Of a stretch of DNA of 64,000 bases, positions 61,601 through 64,000 are shown one piece after another; position 1 is the stretch's first letter, and each line of letters begins with the position of its first letter. The notes below the pieces were generated by a model, which did no database searches, was not told where the DNA came from, and saw nothing but the letters and a program-made list of their open reading frames with translations. The stretch is from positions 6,200,001-6,264,000 of the forward strand of contig JAYWIR010000002.1 in the NCBI GenBank assembly GCA_036172245.1, read 5' to 3'. The translations under genes and the position numbers were made by a program. The stretch is from Raillietiella orientalis. Its lineage: Eukaryota.

Positions 61601-64000
61601 TTTTCGTATTGGTAAGCCAAGGGGGAAAGACGATCGAACAGATAAACGCCCCTTTTTTGTTCGTTTTTTTTTTTTTTTTTTTTGAAGAAAAACGAAAAAA
61701 AAAAAAAAAAAAGAATCCGAGACGGAAAATCTCCTGCAGTGGGGATACCCTGAAATTTTAGCTTCCGGTATTTAATGGCGCGAAGTGATAAGCAATCTTA
61801 AAATTCTGTGGAGGGGCAAGGTAGGTATCGAGAATCGTAATGACATTTACATTTGTACATGGAATGATGACTGGGATAACAAGAAGAGAGAGAGAGAGAG
61901 GAGGGGGAGGGAGAACTCTGATGCGAAACTGCTTTTGTGCTCGGCGTAGGGCTGTCGGCAACAGCGAGTGCGCAAAGGTTTTAAAATGGAGAGGTGAACA
62001 TTCCTGAGGTAAAAACCACTTTCACTGCCTTCCCCATGGTGACTCATGCAAGATACGAGGTGGCTTTAGAACCCTGGGCTCCAATAAATCTGGAATAACG
62101 TTGCGGGGGGAGAGACGTGTAGGGGCCGCGAAGCGACCCGAGGTCCGCCTGGAAGTGGGGGCGATGCGTGGCGGCCTACGGCGAGCGTCCGGTCGGCTGT
62201 TTCGTGAGCGGTTGGGAGCCGCACGACGTCAGTCAGGATGTGTCTCTCCTTTCCCTTCGTAACCCCCCCCCCCCACCTTCCTCTCCCTCCCGCTCCCCCT
62301 CTCCCTGGGACTGCAGTGCCCGGCGATAAAGAGGTTGACTCACGCGTGCGGTTGAAAGATTTTCCCGAGCTCCGTTTTCACCAGTTTGTCGGTCGCTGCC
62401 CGCCCGCAGACGCAAGAGCGTCCCCGAAGGCAAAGGGAGGGGGGGGGGGAAAGGAAACGGAGGCTTGTCTTTTCTCTTGAAGAAGAAAGAAAATCCTCCT
62501 TCCGCTGGGGTTTTCTGGGAAGCCGCCCGGCGCGCGCGCCGTTCGGTGTTTCTGCGCGAAACCACCGCCGTTCCGCGAGCTGCTGCTGTTTTTCTTTTCT
62601 TCTTCTTTTGGTGGGGAGGAGGGGGGGGGGGGTGGAAGTCGAATGCCTGCTGCAGCTGCCGCCTTTGAAGCTCACCCGCTCTGGGGCTCGGAAAAACCGG
62701 CTGCGGACTCCGGGAATCGCGCGGGAGGCGGCAGCCCCCGCGGAAGTTTCCCAGATCCCGTCGCTCGTGACACGGTTGCAGGCGACGTCGAGAAGCAAAG
62801 GTGGCCGCCGGCGCGTCCCCGGTGCTACGCTTCTCCTCCGGAGAGGCGCGACCCCGCAGGTTTCCCTGCTGCCGGTAGGAGCCCCGGCGGCGCCGCGGAA
62901 GGAAGTCGCCGCTGCTGCACCTGCGATCCCCCTGCCAGGTGCGCACCGGGAAGAGCGCTCCCCGTGCTCTCCTCCCCCTTCCTTCCCCGAAGAGTGGACC
63001 GGAGGGAGACGCCATCTGCCCCCGCTCTCCGGTGGTCGTTCATTTCGGTCGTCGCATGCGTGCTGCAGGGTGTGGCACGGAAGCCGAGGGGGAGGGAGGG
63101 AGGAGCGACGTCGGAGTCCCGCCGCCTCCCTGACGAGTGACCAAGCAGCGAAAGCGCGGGAAGGACGGCGGTGTGGTCGCTCCGCGAGCTGGCGCTGCTG
63201 CTGCCGCCGCCGCCGCCGCGCCTGCTTCCACGGATGACCCCTGGACGCCTCCCTCCACAAGATCAGCGCAGGCCTCGCGCCCAAGCAGGACGTGTTTCGT
63301 GCGTGCGTGCGTGCGTTGCGAACCGAGGGAAGGTGGATGGACGCTCCAGGGGGCTGGCCGACAAAGTAGGTCTGGCAAGTGGTCAGAGGTGAAGGACCCC
63401 AGCAACCCCACGAGGGGCGGCGGACAGCGGCGTTTGGAAAGAGCCCGGGTGCGCTTTCCAAACGCCTCACGGGGGGCGCGGAGATACCGCGAGGCGGCGG
63501 CAGCCGCAGCGGCATCGAAAGTGAGAGTGCGCTCTTTCGCGCGCGCGGAACGGGGAGGAGGAAGGGGGGGGGAAGGGGGAAGCGTCCGTGGAAAAAACCT
63601 CAGCTTTCCCTCCTCGTCTGCGGCGACCTTCGCGGCAGAGCGCCGTGACTTTCCCGTGCGGGGGCCAATGGCGAAGGCGAGTCGACTAATCGGAAGACTC
63701 CGTTTCGGTTGGCGAGGCGCTACGGCAAACGCCGGGGAGAGGGTCCAGCTGCCGCAGCCGCAGCCGCGGGGTGGGGCCCTCCGAAGGTGATGCGAAGGGC
63801 AAAGTCCACTCCCCTCCCCCTCCGCTCTGCTCCTCCCCGCAACGACGTCACTGTTTAACGCACCCCCTTTCTTTTCGCCTTCCAGCCACGCAGACGGCGC
63901 TCCTGACGGACTGCTGCCGCGGCCTGCCATGTACGTCCAGAGTCAACATCACCAAGAAGGCGGCGGCGACTCGGTCAGCATCCCACTGTGCCACACGAAG
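58650..64000. other. GC- and CpG-rich block, probably holding further minus-strand exons and a bidirectional promoter near 63.6-63.9 kb
   Basis: High GC. Minus-strand consensus donors at about 59107, 59620, 60405, 60838, 62339 and 62671. CCAAT at 63665 and gacgtca at 63844. Confidence 0.5.
63929..64000 (+). CDS. Possible start of a gene running off the window (MYVQSQHHQEGGGDSVSIPLCHTK...)
   Basis: gccATG context downstream of CCAAT and CRE-like motifs. The frame is open to the window end, but only 24 codons are visible. Confidence 0.35.
   Translation, partial: MYVQSQHHQEGGGDSVSIPLCHTK

Noticed and set aside
59185..63930. ORFs of 200-391 aa in the right-hand GC-rich block taken as whole genes
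   Set aside because: They overlap on both strands and run through homopolymer tracts. At most, parts are exons of a spliced gene.

Overview
Eukaryotic (invertebrate, probably arthropod) gene-dense genomic DNA with very short GT-AG introns (mostly 39-70 nt) and many homopolymer and microsatellite tracts. I spliced five conserved genes by hand: GPD2 (+, 12 exons), an Sp1-4 class zinc-finger factor (+), CTDP1/FCP1 (+), MRPS17 (-, largely missed by the ORF track, stop codon only 36 nt from that of CTDP1) and LARP4 (+, probably with distant 5' exons). A decayed R2-superfamily (NeSL/Utopia-like) non-LTR retrotransposon lacking its RT domain lies at 14.3-16.1 kb, with a diverged inverted 5' copy near 30 kb. 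Conserved gene bodies are strongly CpG-depleted while flanks are CpG-rich, which suggests mosaic gene-body methylation. Several spliced minus-strand ORFs with no family I recognise (16.3-17.0 kb, 56.9-58.1 kb, 9.3-9.7 kb) are the best candidates for undescribed genes. I see no clear-cut new multi-gene system. All homology calls come from motif recognition, not database searches.
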